DNA from: an uncultured Actinomycetota bacterium
Lineage (GTDB): Bacteria > Actinomycetota > Actinomycetes > Propionibacteriales > Nocardioidaceae
Length of the DNA: 64,000 bases
Assembly (NCBI GenBank): GCA_963848795.1
Contig: CAWKEX010000006.1
Location: forward strand, 30,340-94,339
Reading direction: 5' to 3'
Below the pieces are notes generated by a model, which searched no databases, was not told the DNA's origin, and saw nothing but the letters and a program-made list of their open reading frames with translations. Made by a program: the position numbers and the translations under genes. Positions 61,986 through 64,000 of this stretch are shown here, piece by piece (within the stretch, counting starts at the first letter, position 1; each line of letters starts with the position of its first letter).

Positions 61986-63202
61986 ATGAGGATCCTGCTC
62001 GTCGGCGCCGGGGGAGTCGGCGGGGCCTTCACCGCCATCGCCGCCCGGCGTGACTTCTTCGAGACGATCGTGGTCGCCGACTACGACCCCGTCCGAGCCG
62101 AGAAGGCCGCGGCCACCGACGACCGCTACGTCGCCGCGCAGGTCGACGCGTCCGACGCGGCGTCGGTGTCGGCCCTGTGCCGCGAGCACCGGATCACCCA
62201 CGTGATGAACGCCGTCGACCCGGTGTTCAACATGCCGATCTTCGAGGGCGCGTTCGAGGCAGGGGCCGACTACCTCGACATGGCCATGTCCCTGTCGAAG
62301 CCGCACCCGGACGCGCCGTACGAGAAGCCCGGCGTGAAGCTGGGCGACGAGCAGTTCGCCCAGGCCGACCGGTGGGAGTCGGGCGGACGGCTGGCGCTCG
62401 TCGGGATCGGCGTCGAGCCCGGCCTGTCCGACGTGTTCGCCCGGTACGCCGCCGACCACCTGTTCTCCGAGATCGACGAGCTCGGGACCCGTGACGGCGC
62501 CAACCTCGTGGTGACCGACGACGACGGGAACGAGATCTTCGCGCCGTCGTTCTCGATGTGGACGACGATCGAGGAGTGCCTCAACCCGCCGGTGATCTGG
62601 CAGGACGGCGACTGGCACACGACGCCGCCGTTCCGCGAGCCGGAGGTGTTCGACTTCCCCGAGGGCATCGGCCCGGTCGAGTGCGTCAACGTCGAGCACG
62701 AGGAGGTGCTCCTCATGCCGCGTTGGGTCGACTGCAGGCGGGCGACCTTCAAGTACGGCCTCGGCGACGAGTTCATCACCATCCTCAAGGTGCTTGCACA
62801 CGCTCGGCCTCGACCGCACCGAGAAGGTGCGGGTCAAGGGGGTCGAGGTGTCGCCGCGCGACGTCGTGGCGGCGGTGCTGCCCGACCCGCGCGACGGTCG
62901 GCCCGCGGATGAAGGGCAAGACCTGCGCCGGACTCTGGGTGACGGGCAAGGGCAAGGACGGCCGGAACCGATCTTCCTATTTGTTCCACGTCGTCGACAA
63001 CGAGTGGACGATGCAGGAGTACGGCCACCAGTGCGTGGTGTGGCAGACCGCGATCAACCCGGTCATCGCCCTCGAGCTGCTGGCGAAGGGCACGTGGTCG
63101 GGGACCGGCGTGCTCGGCCCGGAGGCCTTCGACGCGGTGCCGTTCCTCGACCTGCTCACCGCGTACGGCAGCCCCTGGGGCCAGCGCGACGACCAGCTCT
63201 GA
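61986..63202 (+). CDS. saccharopine dehydrogenase / carboxynorspermidine dehydrogenase-like protein; frameshifted
   Basis: Rossmann [49 protein letters not shown]. Confidence 0.85.
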
Positions 63203-63226
63203 CCGGGTCCTGCGAGCAACGGAGCC

Positions 63227-64000
63227 GTGAGGCGACGAGACGTGGTGGTCCTGGGCTCGACCGGGTCCATCGGCACCCAGGCGCTCGATCTGGTCCGCGC
63301 CAACCCGGACCGGTTCCGGGTCGTCGCGCTGACGGCCGGTGGCTCGAACGAGGAGCTGTTCGCCCAGCAGGTCGCCGAGTTCGGGCCGGACTTCCACGGG
63401 CTCGGCGAGGAGGCGTCGACCGAGGCCGCGGCCCGCGAGTGCGACGTCGTGCTCAACGGGATCACCGGTGCCGTCGGGCTCGGCCGACCCTGGCGGCCCT
63501 CGACGCCGGCAACACCCTCGCCCTGGCCAACAAGGAGAGCCTGATCATCGGCGGCCCCGTGGTCACCGACCGCGCGAAGCCCGGGCAGATCGTGCCGGTC
63601 GACTCCGAGCACTCCGCCCTCGCCCAGTGCCTGCGTGGCGGCCGCCGCGAGGAGGTACGACGGCTCGTGCTCACCGCGAGCGGCGGGCCGTTCCGCGGCC
63701 GGACCCGCGAGCAGCTCGGCCAGGTGACGGTCGACGAGGCGCTGGCCCACCCCACCTGGGACATGGGCCCGGTGGTCACCATCAACTCGGCCACGCTCGT
63801 CAACAAGGGTCTCGAGGTGATCGAGGCACACCTGCTCTTCGACATCCCCTTCGACCGGATCGAGGTCGTGGTCCACCCGACCTCGGTGGTCCACTCGATG
63901 GTGGAGTTCGTCGACGGCTCCACCCTGGTCCAGGCGAGCCCGCCGACGATGCTGATCCCGATCGCCCTCGGCCTGGGCTGGCCGGACCGGGTGCCCGACG
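63227..64000 (+). CDS. dxr: 1-deoxy-D-xylulose-5-phosphate reductoisomerase; partial, runs off the window; frameshifted
   Basis: [52 protein letters not shown]. Confidence 0.96.

Overview
High-GC actinobacterial chromosomal segment; gene content and order fit a Nocardioides-like organism. The core backbone runs smc-ftsY-amtB/glnK/glnD-ffh-rpsP-khpA-rimM-trmD-rplS-lepB-rnhB-DUF2469-yraN-comM-dprA-xerC-rpsB-tsf-pyrH-frr-cdsA-rlmN...dxr. Accessory content: an LVIVD-repeat secreted protein, a NarL-type two-component cassette, an MFS/GlcD-like/aminotransferase trio, a duplicated amtB-glnK unit, two orphan Tad pseudopilin genes, a VapBC pair, a Tat metallophosphoesterase, LOG and RIO1 genes, and a ~14 kb Lrp/AsnC-associated polyamine uptake and catabolism cluster. 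Many genes, including essential ones, carry single-base frameshifts that look like uncorrected long-read errors, so many CDS limits are approximate. Main observations: (1) a candidate natural-transformation locus in which Tad pseudopilins abut yraN-comM-dprA, and the yraN and M23-peptidase promoters share the same TCCACA-n22-TCCACAG-n39-(-10) layout; (2) a two-component cassette bracketed by a 26-bp inverted motif, whose second copy may drive a C-rich-loop sRNA; (3) tandem Amt paralogs, one twin-His and one Glu-His; (4) paired 11-bp operators spaced 31-32 bp at three polyamine promoters; (5) TrmD-GNAT and RpsB-sunset-domain fusions; (6) two families of intergenic palindromic repeats.
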